A DNA stretch of 64,000 bases, taken from NCBI GenBank assembly GCA_965113315.1, contig OZ220377.1. One strand, written 5' to 3'. Below, piece after piece: positions 27,171-53,353 of the stretch. Source of the stretch: Podarcis vaucheri. Its lineage: Eukaryota. Position numbers and translations under genes: made by a program. Below the pieces are notes generated by a model. That model did not search any database and had not been told where the DNA came from. It worked only from the letters and a program-made list of their open reading frames with translations. Position 1 is the stretch's first letter; each line of letters begins with the position of its first letter.

Positions 27171-29986
27171 TATGGGGTTTCCCTCTCCACAGACACAAGC
27201 TGGCAGATGCCAAGACCCGGAAGTCCTTGGGCCGAGAGGAGTTCCGCCTGCAGCACTACGCAGGGGACGTCACCTACAACGTGGCAGGTAGATGGGGGTC
27301 GTCTCCAGGCAGCAGTGCTGGGCAGCGAGGGGCGTCTGTGCCTGTGCCCCCCTTCCCATACAGACACTGTTTCAGGAGCAAACCCTCCCTCCAGCTCCTC
27401 CTGGCAGGGTCTTTTATGCCTCTGGTTTTGTGCTTCCTTCCCCAGGTTTCCTGGACAAGAACAATGACCTCCTCTTCAGGAACCTCAAAGAGGTGAGTCC
27501 CGGCTGGAAGTGGGCCTGTGCCCTGGGCAGGAAGGTGCCTGTCCGTGCCAAGGGCTCCTGGGGCTAAGCCAGGCCCACTTTGCCCCAGCGTGACTCCCTC
27601 TCGCTGCCCCCACAGGCCATGTGCAACTCAGAGAACCCCATTGTCAACCAGTGCTTTGACCGGGCGGAGCTGACGGACAAGAAGAGGCCAGAGACAGTAA
27701 GAGCCGAAAGAGAGTGGGAGGGTGGTGGGTGGTGGCCCTGCTGCAAGGCCAGGTGGCCGCGATCCTTCCCTCTGCTCCATTCCTCTCTTCTCCTCCATTG
27801 CAGGCAGTGACGCAGTTCAAGAACAGCCTCGCAAAGCTCATGGAAATCCTGATGTCCAAGGACCCCTCCTACATCCGCTGCATCAAGCCCAACGACGCCA
27901 AGCAGGCGGGTGGGTCTCAGCCTCTGTCCCTGCTTCCTTCCCAGAGGGCGGGGAGTGCTGGTGTGGGGGTCTGGGGGCATTCTGAGCCTTGGCTGGATTC
28001 CCCCCTTTCCAGGTTTCTCATCTCTGACTTTTCTCAAAAACTCCCAACTTACAAGCTCTGGCTGCCGCCTAGGCCTCCTCTGATGCTGCCTGGCTTGCAC
28101 TGCCCCGTTCTTGAAGGGGGGGGGGCACTGTCTACTGTGGAAGAATAGCTCCATAGACAGCAATAGGGCAACCCAGGCGCTGGGCAGGGCATTGGCCCGG
28201 CTGCCCTTTTTTATGGGTTACTCTCCTTCATTCTGGGGACGCAGGTGGCACTGTGGGTTAAACCACAGAGCCTAGGACTTGCCAATCAGAAGGTCGGTGG
28301 TTTGAATCCCCGCGACGGGGTGAGCTCCCATTGCTCGGTCCCTGCTCCTGCCAACCTAGCAGTTCGAAAGCTTGTCAAAGTTCAAATAGATAAATAGGTA
28401 CCGCTCCGGCGGGAAGGTAAATGGTGTTTCCGTGCGCTGCTCTGGTTCGCCAGAAGCGGCTTCGTCCTGCTGGCCACATGACCCAGAAGCTGTACGCCGG
28501 CTCCCTCGGCCAGTAAAGCGAGATGAGCGCCACAACCCCAGAGTCGGCCACGACTGGACCTAACGGTCACGGGTCCCTTTACCTTTACTCCTTCATTCTG
28601 ATCATTTTCTAGGCCGTTTTGATGAAGTTTTGATCCGGCATCAGGTGAAGTACTTGGGCTTGATGGAGAACCTGAGAGTGCGTCGGGCTGGCTTTGCTTA
28701 TCGGCGAAAATACGAAGTCTTCCTCCAGAGGTAGGTGTGCGTGCAAACCCTGTGCAGGAACATTGCAGCACAGGAATGGATTCGGAGGGAGCAGGTGGCT
28801 CCTGGGGGCGAAATGAAGGGTGGTCGCTCTGCCTGGGAGGGGGGTTGTGGCTGCTTGCTGTGCTGTGGCAGCTCCAGCCCCCTCAGAGGAGAAGGACAGC
28901 AGGATCCTCATACAGCTTCTGGGGGCTTTGGGGCTCTGCCTGGCGCCCCCTTGGTCATGTGACCAGGCTGCCATCCCTTCCCTGGCCAGGTACAAGTCTC
29001 TGTGTCCCGACACGTGGCCCACCTGGGACGGGAGGCCCCACGACGGCGTGGCTGTGCTTGTGAAACACCTTGGCTACAAGCAGGAGGAGTTCAAGATGGG
29101 CAGGTAGGCGGCTGAGTCTTGGGGTGCTGCCCCAGGTGGGGGTGGGGGGGATCAACGCTCTCTCTCTCTTACGGATAATTTCCTTTCCAGGACAAAAATA
29201 TTTATTCGTTTCCCCAAGACTCTCTTTGCGACAGAAGACAGCCTGGAGATCCGGAAGCAGAGTCTGGGTGAGTTTGCCCATCGGGGAGTCTGGGGGCAGG
29301 GAATGCCTGGGGCCCTCTGGGGGTCAAGGAAGGTGGGCGCTGGGCCCCAGCAACCTTTGAGGCATCTCTGTGCTCAATGTGCCTCTTCCCTCCCTGGCTT
29401 CAGCCACAAAGCTCCAGGCAGGCTGGAGAGGCTACTACCGGCGGAAGAAGTTTCAGCAGATGAAGCTGTCAGGTAAGAAGCGGCGATGACTCTTGGCTTC
29501 TCCTCTAGGGACAGACCCTCCCTTCCTGTCCATCACAGGAGCAGTCATGCTCAAGGTGGCCCCAGTTAAGCTGGCGCTCCAAGCAGCCCCTGAGGCCAGC
29601 AGGGGGATGGGCAGGGCAAGGGACTCCCTCGCAGGGGGGTTTCTGGGCCCTGTGCTCTGCTTGCTCCAGCAGCCATTTGCAGGTGGGGCAGGCCGTGGGG
29701 GCTGCTTCTGCGCCTTTCCTCAGGGCAGCTCCTGCCACGAGAGGCAGGCAGGCAGCTGCCAGGGAGGGACAGGGTGGCACACCCATTGCTTTGCCGCCCA
29801 TGGCTGGCCTGTGTTGAAGAGTCCGTGCCCAGCCCCATTGGCTTCTGCATCTGGAACGGCCGGGGAGCGGGGATTCATCTCATTCACCTCAGGAAGCCCT
29901 AATGCCTTGGAGCAGACCTCCCTTGTGGATCCAGCAAAGGCTGGCCAGCAACATTTCAGGAGGGAAGATTGGGAATTGCAAAATGC

Positions 29987-30030
<44 letters not shown>

Positions 30031-33000
30031 GGGTATCCTCCTGCATCTCTGGCAAGGACCCCCCTGGCCACCTCCTGCGGCCAGCCTCTTCTCCCACTGA
30101 AGAGCCCTTGCTCTTAGGGAGTTTGTCTGCCCTCCCTTTGGCCAGAACCAGCAAACCCTTGCAGGTGGTGCCCTCTGGAGCAGTGGAGAAGGAGGGGCCG
30201 CCTCTGTGCCAGGCTCCCAGGCCGCCCTTCCCCAGGCTCCTTCCACCATTCCTGCCCCCTCACCAGCACTGCCCTGTGCCCCTGACCCCCGTCTCCCCCT
30301 CTTTGCTCCCTCCAGCCATCACTATCCAGTCCTGGTGGCGAGGGACACTGGGGCGGCGCAAGGCAGCCAAGAAGAAGCGGGCCGTGGAGACCGTCCGGCG
30401 GTGCGTCTGGGCTCCCTTTATCCCTTCCCTGGGGCGGGGGAGGCGGGCGCACCCTGCCCCTTGCAGGGCTTGTGAGGGGAGGTGGGGGCTGTGGGGGGGG
30501 TTAGTGCCACTCTGCTCTCCTAAAAAGCCTTTCCCTGGATCTCCCTGCAGGTTCATCAAGGGGTTTATTTACCGGAATTACGCTCGCTGCCCCGAGAACG
30601 AATACTTCCTTGACTACATCCGCTATTCCTTCCTGATGAACTTGAAGCGGAACCTGCCCCGGAACGTTCTGGACAAGTCCTGGCCGGTGCCTCCGCCCTC
30701 CCTGAGAGAGGTAGCTCCAGGGGCAGCGCAGTGGGGTGGGGTGGGGTGGGGGAGCGCCCTGCCTCGCCCAAGGAGCTGCTCCTCCTGCTGCTGTCCCGGG
30801 CCTGGAATCCAAGCAGGGGCCTGCATGTCCCACGCTTTTGTCCATCAGCAGTTGTGGGTGACAGCAAAAGAGTGTCTAGGCCACTGTCTCCTGGCTGAAT
30901 GAGATGCTCTGCTTTCAAATGAACGAACCTGGATCATTGTGATAGTGCTCCCCCCCTCCTTGCAGTCCGTAGAGATTTTCAAATATTAAGCAGTTTATAA
31001 ATGTTGTGTTGTTGTTGTTAATGTTCCAAAGGGAGTCAGCAAAACAGACTCTGCAACCCAGTCTGGGAATTGTGGGACATTTGGCAGGGAGAGGAGAGGG
31101 AAGATTCTTGATGCCTTTGACCTGGTGCCAGACACCGCCCCTCCCTCCTCTCCCACCCTCCCTCAGATGTGATGTAGAAGGAGCTGGAGGCCCCACAAGT
31201 GCCAGGCCCATCTTCTCAAGAGGTGGAGGCCTGCTTTCATTCCCAAAGTGTTATTCAGGCAGGCAAAAGCATGAAGTGGGGAGAAAGCCCCTCTCTGACC
31301 TCAAAATATCTAGCTCAGGAGGAGGAAGAGATGGTCCTCTCGGCAGGGAGCTTTTGTCTAAGGAAGCCTTTAAGTTTGAAGTTGTGCCATTGCCACCACC
31401 TCCTATTCAGGCCGCAAGGCTGCCCTGAACCCTGTGCAAATGTCCAGAGGGGGCCCTCCCAGCTTGGGGCCAGTGAAATCTGTGAGCTGGTGTCTGCGTA
31501 GGTCCTGAGAGCTTAAAAGCTGCCCAAATGCTCCTCCTTCCTCGTATGGTGTGCCCAGGGGTGGCGGGGGGGGTGTCTTTGCCCTCCTGCTGCCCCTTGT
31601 GGTCTCCCTTTCCATCTGGCAGCTGCATTTGCTCCTTGTCCTTCAGGCATCTCAGCTGCTGAGAGACCTCTGCATGCAGAACATGGTGTGGAGCTACTGC
31701 AAGAGAATCAGCCCCGAGTGGAAGCTGCAGGTGGGTAGCGCTGGGGCTGCCTCCTTCCCTGCCTGTCCCACCCCAAGGAGAAGGGCTCTCTGTGAGCAGC
31801 TTCCCAGTGGCTCCTCCTTTCCCTGGGGAGCGCTGTGACTCCGCCTGTCTCTCCCGCAGCTGGAGCAGAAAGTGGTGGCCAGCGAGATCTTCAAGGGGAA
31901 AAAGGACAACTATCCTCAGAGCGTCCCTCGCCTCTTCCTTAACACCCGCCTTGGTGAGTGGAGCTGGCCAGGGGTGGGGCTGCCGTCTCCAGCTAGCTGC
32001 TTCCAACTGTCCCCCTTCTTTCCTTTTTGCGGCAGGTAGCGAAGAGATTAATGCCAAAATCCTTCAAGTGCTGGGAAATGAGACGCTCAAGGTAAGTGAG
32101 CCACGGAGGCTCTTTGGCCCCGGCTCAGGGGCTCTGAAGGAAGGGCGCAAGGAGGCCGAGCCGGCCCAGAAGGGCTGGCCGGGATGGAAGTTGCTGCTCT
32201 TCCCTGCTGCCCCCCGTAGCCTCTTGTCTGGAGGCTGCTTCAGGCACTGTGGAAATTTGCTGTTGGGATTCTCGCTGCTCCTTTCAGTATGCCGTTCCCG
32301 TGACCAAGTACGACCGCAAAGGCTACAAGGCCAGAGCCCGGCAGCTGCTGCTCACCCAGAATGCAATTCTGCTGGTTGAAGAGGCCAAGGTCAAGCAGCG
32401 GATTGACTACGGCAACCTGTCAGGTGCGGAGATGGCGACCAACAAGCGCTTGGCTGGCCTGGAGGCTGGGGGGGGGAGAAGCTGCTTTTGGAGCAAGCGT
32501 TGCCTGGTCCCCGTTGTTGGGAGCTGTTGTTTGTGACACAGTGTGGTGTAGTGGTTAAGAGCGGTGGACTCATAATCTGGGGAACCGGGTTCGCTTCCGC
32601 ACTCCTCCACATGCAGTTGTGGGTGACCTTGGGCCAGTCACACTTCTTTGAAGTCTCTCAGCCCCACTCACCTCACAGAGTGTTTGTTGTGGGGGAGGAA
32701 GGGAAAGGAGAGTGTTAGCTGCTTTGAGACTCCTTAAAGGGAGTGAAAGGCGGGATATCAAATCCTGCGGCCAACTCAGAGAAATTTGTTGTCCTCTGAG
32801 ATTTTAGATGCACTTTCCAGAACGTGGCTGGCTGCTGGCATTGTGGGGCCTGTTTGTGGGCCTCTCTTCCCTGCCCAGGTCCCTGACGGAGCTTCCTAGC
32901 TTGGAGCTCTGTAAGTGGCAAGGGGGGGCTGTTCTGCCCAGAGGGCTGGAGCTGCCAGTGTTGCCACAGAAGAGAAAGGTGGCCGTGCCTGGAGTGAGCC

Positions 33001-34451
33001 CACTTTGCCAAGCAAAATGGCCCTTTCTTGTCTCAACAGGAATGTCCGTCAGCAGCTTGAGTGACAGCCTCTTCGTTCTCCACGTGGTCCGGGAGGATAA
33101 CAAGCAGAAGGTAGCTTCTCTGCTCTTTTAGCTGTGGGCTTGGGAGGGGAGGAAATTTGGGCGAGGGACCAGGCACATGCTGGATTTGGGGTTTGGTGGC
33201 TCAGTCCAGTGATGAGCAGCCAGATTCCCAACAGATTTGTACCTTGTGGGAATTCGAAAATCTCTCTGAAAGACATTTGGTTTGTTTTCCAGGGAGACGT
33301 GGTGCTACAGAGTGATTTTGTGATTGAGACTCTGACCAAAATTGCAATCTGTGCCAACAAAGTAAACAGTGTGAATATCAACCAGGGCAGGTGAGCTTGC
33401 TATACTTTTATTTTAAAATGTATGCCTGTCTGATGTGGGTCATATGAGCTGCCGCCCTCCTGCTTCTCTTAAGAGTAAAGGCCTCCAGGCCTGCTCCTGC
33501 TTTATCAAGGGAAGGGGCACTCTGTAGATCAAGCAGCTTTGCCAGAAGAATGTCCTGTGTATTTTGCGCTGCTGTGGAAAGCCAGTGCCACACCAGGCCA
33601 CTGGGCAATGCAGACAAAAAGCCCTGATATCAAATCCCAGCTCACCAGAGGCCAGTCTCTCAGCCTCAGATTGTTCCTCTGCAGACAGCCATGGCCTGAA
33701 TTAAAGGGACGTTAGGACTGCAAAAAGAATGTACGAGAAGCATGTTGAAGACTGGGTCACTGTACTTAAGAGGCAGTACTAGTGACAAGACTTGTTTGTT
33801 GGTTTTGATTTTAATCCTGCCTTTTATTGTCAAATTATTATACCAATTTCCATCTATTAATCCCACCCCTGGGTATGTGGTGACATGGATTTGACGTGGC
33901 TCAGCTAGGTCCCAAGTTCCGCTTTTGTGCTTTGAGCCAAGATGCCCCAGTAGAAGCTGCCCCCCAACTCTTCTCCTTCCCTTTCTCTACAGCATAAAGT
34001 TCACTGTGGGGCAAGGCAAAGAGGGCATCATTGATTTCACATCGGGATCCGAACTGCTGGTCGCCAAAGCCAAGAACGGCCATCTTGCGGTTGTAAGTAG
34101 CATTGGGCTGGCCAGGCTGGGAGTGGCTCCACCCTCCTGTCCACCCCCAGGGGTCACTCCATGCGGCTCCTAAGCCAGTCTCTGTGAGGTGCTTTGATGG
34201 CAGCTTCCCCCCCCCCCCTGTGACCCTGCAGGTGCCTTAGGCTTTATGCAGCTGTTCATGCTGCGCCAGAAGCCTCTCATCCCTCCTGGCAAAGCCCTGC
34301 CTCGGTTCCTGCTCAGTGCTGACCCGGCTCCTTGCCAGCTCACCTTGTTCAGTTCTGAGCAGGAATAGCTGCTTTGGGCTAGCGGTTGCTCTCCCTCCAC
34401 ACCTGACCTTTGTCTTCTTCTCAGGTGGCTCCTCGTCTGAATTCTCGATGA
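19420..34451 (+). CDS. MYO1C: Unconventional myosin-Ic (isoform C, 1029 aa; 31 coding exons)
   Basis: Exons: 19420(exon starts 19387)-19545, 19978-20093, 21375-21573, 21952-22032, 22573-22752, 22931-23029, 23167-23280, 23933-24004, 24184-24303, 24529-24614, 24926-25031, 25409-25489, 26207-26298, 27193-27287, 27446-27492, 27616-27696, 27804-27909, 28613-28730, 28990-29103, 29191-29267, 29404-29472, 30316-30400, 30551-30710, 31647-31730, 31860-31953, 32036-32091, 32288-32423, 33040-33110, 33293-33390, 33993-34092, 34425-34451. All introns GT-AG; total 3090 nt. Motifs: [17 protein letters not shown]-loop GESGAGKT, switch [10 protein letters not shown], switch II DIYGFE, IQ motifs, PH signature [13 protein letters not shown], end VAPRLNSR*. 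Confidence 0.97.
25537..25790 (+). mobile_element. L2-like LINE 3' end with (TTA)n tail
   Basis: Same family as 42466-42791 and 53585-54000 ([11 protein letters not shown] motif, GGGGAAACC.AGCCAGATGG 3'UTR, ATT tail). Confidence 0.75.
26500..27171 (+). mobile_element. L2-like LINE 3' fragment with (TTA)n tail
   Basis: Encodes HIxPVLxQLHWLPV-like [30 protein letters not shown] and [15 protein letters not shown] (frameshifted); long ATT tail. Confidence 0.82.
28236..28587 (+). mobile_element. Sauria (Squam1) SINE, full length
   Basis: tRNA-like head GGGACGCAGGTGGCACTGTGGGTTAAACC, Bov-B-like tail GAGTCGGCCACGACT, ACCTTT end. 13-bp TSD CTCCTTCATTCTG at 28223-28235 and 28588-28600. Confidence 0.9.
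29989..30028. repeat. (AG)n microsatellite
   Basis: Perfect AG run. Confidence 0.95.
32535..32765 (+). mobile_element. tRNA-derived SINE (Squam3-like)
   Basis: A box TGGTGTAGTGG, B-box-like GGTTCGCTTCC, CORE-like TGTGGGTGACCTTGGGCCAGTCAC, then CTCACCTCACAG...GTTGTG body. Confidence 0.75.
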
Positions 34452-35360
34452 CAAAAGCTGCCCTTCCGCAAGGGACCTCTTCGTCGGGCGACATTCTGTA
34501 ATCCTGGCTGGACACTTTCCCTGCCAACTTTTTTGGGGGTGGGGGCTGCTTTGCAGACCTTCTTTCTAGCTACCAAAGACCTGCAGATCCAAAGAATTAT
34601 CCTCTAATTATGTCCTTTGGTTTCCATCGTACCAGGCAGGAACCTTTTGTCACAGCAGTGGTGGCTGCTCTGTCCCCTGGGCATTGAACGGCTGTGTGCC
34701 ACAAGAAGGCCAGACCCAGAGCAGCAGCAGCAGCAGCAGGGAGAGAACCTGTAGAGCTGCCGGCCAACTAAACGAAATGCCAAATTTTATACTAAAAATA
34801 TTTTATGAAGATGTTTTCTCCTAGATTTTTTGATGCTTTGTATGAAAATGTAAAAGCCATAATACATGTGTGTAATTCTGTTAGTATGCCCTAGCTCATT
34901 GTATGGGATGTTTGCACTTTGAAAACTATTTTCTTATTTTTAAGTGGAAGAGCTGTGATAGCAATCTATAATTAATGCCCGTCTGCCTTGCCCTGACCTT
35001 CTCATTTCCTCAGTTCAGTCTTGTGGCATCTTGCATCAAAAACTTGGGCTGCTTTTGCTGCAAGAGAGGACTGGCATGCTTGCACCTCTATCCCTTTGTG
35101 CTGGGAGGGGCTTCTGGTCCTTCGTGGCTATTTGCCTGGAATATCTGTCTGCCCCAGGCCTTACTGCAGCCAGCTTAGTTGGGACAGTTGGCAATGATGG
35201 CTTCCTTCCCCCACATGCTACCTCTGGGGTTTCTCCCCCTGTAAGTTACTGCCCTCCCCGCTATGAACTTTCATCCCATCTACCCCCAGCCTTTGCAGGG
35301 TATTTTATCATGAAGTGACAAGCATGGAAACAGAACCAGAGCTTTTTAAATGCCTTTTCA

Positions 35361-35366
35361 AATAAA
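35361..35366 (+). terminator. Likely MYO1C polyadenylation signal (alternatives at 36053 and 36395)
   Basis: AATAAA about 0.9 kb after the stop codon, followed by GT/T-rich sequence. Confidence 0.55.
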
Positions 35367-38300
35367 GTGCAGTTTTAAGAATGCAAAGGTGCTTAATTTA
35401 GGCTCTAGTGTTTGGCTGCTCCAGTGGGAACCCCTGGGTTTTGGAAGCAAAAGTATTGGTTTTTTACCACCATTAAGACACTAAACCAACCTTTTGGTTT
35501 TGGTAAGCTTTTTGTGAAACAGTTCCATCTGGTGTCCAAATAATGTTTTAAATCTGAATGTTCAAATTATATGAAAAGCCCTACTCATTGAGTCAGAATT
35601 CTTTTCATTTCTTAATTGCCATGTGGAGGCATGATTTGTCTTTTACAAGACCCACAAAAGTTTGAGCACTTCTTTAATCCCATAAAACAAAAAAGGAGGA
35701 GCTATGATATCTTTTGAAGGTAGTTACAAGTCATCAGTAACAGCAGCTGCAGTGCTTTCAAGGACAATTACTCAAGATAAAGGAAAAACTTCTTTAGTGT
35801 AAAAATGTGAATACGAGTCACTTTTGTGGTTGGACTGGACAAGCTTAAAGGCATTATTTGATTTTGCATTACTGATGGGCAAGATGTAGAACTTGGTGTG
35901 CTTGTATCCTTAGCATCCTGCTGCTGCTGCTGACCTTCAGAAGCCCAATTAGATTTTCTTTTCCGACGGGAAAAAATGTTGCACCAGGCCTGGAATGCTG
36001 TCCATGCTATAGTGTATATAAGATTTAATGCACTATTGCTATATAAATGCCAAATAAATTTTTACTAAAATCAGATTTTTCTTTGCATTACAAACTAGCT
36101 TTAAAGTGCACTGGGACATTGTCCATGAATGACAGGTGGCAGACTGTGGCTTTAGCTAGAGAGATCTCTTAGCCTGGGTCAGATGTAAAAGCTGCAGGAG
36201 GAGGTGTGCATTTGGCCTAGCCTAGAAATCACAGCTCAGTGGAAGCTACTCAAATCACAGCACTGCCAGTTTAAAAGGAGCTGAAATCCAGAGAAGCCAC
36301 TGGTAGGCAGACTGGGCTCTTAGCCCAAGGGTGGGGGCTGGGATGGATGTGCAGATGCACGTCCAGGAGACCATTTTCCTACCCAGCCTCACCTAATAAA
36401 GGAAATGATTATTCCTCCTTCAGAGTTCGATATTTTCCTCATCATTGCAGTTTGGGGCTGGGCTGTACTTTGTCCACCTAGCCCAAGGCTGCAGCATCCG
36501 CCCCCCCCCCCCCCGGCAAAACCACCATTACCTTGGCTTTGTGGGCCAGAAGCCCACCACCCCTGAAACAGACACTATGCCAAATACTCCAGATGGAGAA
36601 TTACTCTCACCTTACATAAGGCAGCATCCTGTGTGGCTTTAATTGGCCTGGAAAACCCTTTATTTTGTAAAATATATATACCAGTACACAATACAAGTTC
36701 AGAGGGTAGTTGAAGGTAGAAGAGGAGGAGTTGGGGTGACTTTCACAGACGACCCATTTGGGGATGGACAGTGGTGGCAACTCAAATCTTCCCATTAGTG
36801 TGCTCAATTCTTGCTTTAAACTGATAACCCAAAAGTGGCAATGGTCTTTCTTTTCTGGTTTGAGTTTTTGAAAACTAGTCCCATGAAGCAGAATTACCTG
36901 TGAAGAAACTAGAACCTCCCAATTCCAACCTCTTCTTAGGGAATAGTTGATGGGGACCCCAAAGATGCAATAGCAGCCAGCAGCTGGGCACTGCCAGACT
37001 CCTACAGCACCATTTGGTGTTTTCCTTCCTTGTATCAAAAATTCATGTAACAAGATTCGTTGCTGCCCAGCACTGAGGGAAGTGGCAGATCGCTAAGTGA
37101 CGGTGCCTGCAATGGCAGCCAGGGATGGGGTGGATGTTGAGCAGAAAATTTCTTGCCCTTGTCTGCCTCTACTTCACTGCTCCTGGAGCTTGGCGTGCCA
37201 GCCTCTCCCTCTATAGATTAGAGTCCAATATGGTTCTAGCTAGCAGCAAAGAAAGATGAAGCAAGCAGCCTCAGAATGAGGCAAACTACTGCAATCCCCC
37301 TTGCTGTGCAGTCCTTGGTAGAAACCGTCTGCTGTCATCTGTTCAGTCAGAAAGGGGAGGGCACAAGTATTATGGGTGTGTGACCTGTTTCTCATCAGAG
37401 CTGTAGTACAGTTGGTGCTGCAAAGCGGCTTCCCTCATCTTGCACCCACTAAAGTATAAATAGCTAAAAAGTATGAAGAGTCCATGCAAGTGTAAGGAAC
37501 CGTTTGTGCAACTGCACACCTTTCACACAACACTAGTATGATCTGTTCATTGCGTTTCTGTGGACTGGAGGGGGCTGAAGGCCACCGCCCTAGGAACACA
37601 GGAGGAGGACCAGGCTTCTGGCTCCGATCGCCAAACAAGGCACCCAAGATGGCCACTCCATGGCCAATACAAAGAAAAGGGGTCCTGGGGCCAGTCATTT
37701 GCTCCAGACTGCATTTCAACGGACGGGTGGTTCTTGTGGCAGGCTAGATGCTCACTCTTTTCAGATATACCCCTAGGAAAGGGATCCATTAACCTCAGTT
37801 CTATGTGCAGGTAGGAGCAGTAGCAGCTGTTAGCACAAGGGCAATGCCAGAACCTCACTTGCCCCAAACAAATCCGTTAATGTGCAGACTCGCCATACCA
37901 CTGGCTCATTTGGCATTTTGAGAAATGGGGGGTGGGAGAAGGGAACAGCTCTCAAAAATGAAAATGGGCGGCTGCTGAAAGGAATGGGCACTTGAATCAA
38001 GCAATCCATTTTAACCCTCCAGTACCAACTACAATTCTTGGCATTATTCAAGAGGGAAACACTGTTAAGAGCCCCAAGCCCCTACCCACTCACCAAGAAG
38101 GGTACTGAAAGGCATCACTAAGCATATTACTGGAAGGGATGGAGACTGATGGGGGCCTGGCAGATGCTGCTTGAGTGCTGAAGCATTCCCCACTTTTGAG
38201 AGGGTTCGGTAGAGAGCAGTCTGAGGTGCAGAATCTTGACACAGTATTTTATTTATCCAACAGACTCACTGCTCAGCCAGAGGGGAAAGCCCAGATGAAG

Positions 38301-38858
38301 CTAAAAGGCAAGGAGACAGTTCAGACCAGAAGGAGGAGGGTACAAGGCATTAGCAGAAGGAGGCTGAAGCAGCCAAGGAACAGTTTTTCGGGGCCGGAAG
38401 GCTTCCCCACAATCCTTTCAGTGTTTTGTCAGCATGTGACCAAAAGGACTGAGCACAGCTAACAGCGGAGTTTAACTTTGAAAGGAAACAGAGCCGTTAA
38501 GAAATGAAAGGGAGCATGGCTTGTTTTTCAAAAAGGTGTTCTAGCTCAACCAGAGTACAAATTTTTGACCCAGTTAGGCAGGCGTCTGCCTTGCTGCTTC
38601 CCTGATAAAAACTGTTTCCTCGCAATGCAACAATTAAGCAGATTGAACCACCTCACGATTGATTCAGTGCCCAAGTTTGCGCTCTCTGGGCAGCCGCCAA
38701 TTGAGACCCACAAATTCTGGTGATGGCCTCCCTCTCCATTATGCTACAGCCAGCCTCTCTTCCATTAAGTAACACTTTTCTTCCTGCTACTTGTTCGGTC
38801 TGCAGCTCTTGCTAAACATTTACCAGGGTAAAGTAGCAGTAGTATTTGGCATCATTTT

Positions 38859-39014
38859 NNNNNNNNNNNNNNNNNNNNNNNNNNNNNNNNNNNNNNNNNN
38901 NNNNNNNNNNNNNNNNNNNNNNNNNNNNNNNNNNNNNNNNNNNNNNNNNNNNNNNNNNNNNNNNNNNNNNNNNNNNNNNNNNNNNNNNNNNNNNNNNNNN
39001 NNNNNNNNNNNNNN
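38859..39014. other. Assembly gap (156 N), probably covering part of the YWHAE 3'UTR
   Basis: Run of N next to YWHAE 3'UTR-like sequence. Confidence 0.95.
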
Positions 39015-39683
39015 AGGGAGGGGGGAGGGAGAGAAAAATATTGAACACACATGCAGGCTTTCAACGCCACCTTCAATGCTAACCTGCTTGGAGGGAAAGT
39101 AAAGAGAAGGCAAGAATGAGCAGCCACGGATTGTTGAACCGTTACCAGCACCGTCTGTTGCAGCAACATCATCTCAGCACAGTTGGATTTTTTTTTTTTG
39201 CTTTTTGTTTTTTCTTTTACAGCAAAACCACTACAAGAACTGTCCCAATGAAACCGGTAACTTCAAGCTAAACGCCCAATTCTAAACACTCATATAAAAT
39301 TGTTTAAACAATTATAAAAAATGAAAAATGCCAACACATGCACTCTACAGTGCAAGCCTCTGCTAGAATTCTAATGGCTTCCAGATGTCACCTCCAACAC
39401 TGACAGAAGACAACACAGGAATGCAGAAAAAGCCTCTATGCAGCCAGTCCGGTTAGTGTCTTAAAAGAAACTGAAAGCTGGCACCAGTAAAATCCACAGA
39501 CATTCACTCTTGCCTTTTAAAGAACTTTTCAACTGTGTAAAAAAACCAACAGGGTAGGAACCTAAATTCTGGGGCCCATCACAAACGTCAGATCAGATGG
39601 TTCCCAGGGACACTGAGGGGCTTATGGGAGTGGGTGCGGTAGAAGGGGGACAAAGATGGGGGTCTCTTATTGGCCTTGATGTC

Positions 39684-53035
<13,352 letters not shown>

Positions 53036-53353
53036 GTCCGTCGGGCGAGGGCGGCGGGGGCTGCGCGGGGCGGATGGAGACCGATGGTCCGGCGGGGGGG
53101 GCTCAACCACGATCAGCTCTCGCTGCTCTCCGGGCAAAGATGGCGGCGGCGCCTCCTCCCGCTACATCCGGGCACTCCGGGCCGCGCGCGCAGGCGCACC
53201 GCTCCGCTATGCACGCGCGCTCTCCCTCCCTCCCCCCTCCCGACCATAGCAACAGCGGCTCCCTAGCAACCGCGAGAGCCGCGGCGTCCGCTTCCGCCCT
53301 GGCCTCCAGCGGTTGTCCGGCGGGCGGCCTCTTCGCGCCACGCAGCGGCTGGC

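Noticed and set aside
29493-30902. 469-aa ORF
   Set aside because: Intron read-through joining two real MYO1C exons and an (AG)n repeat.
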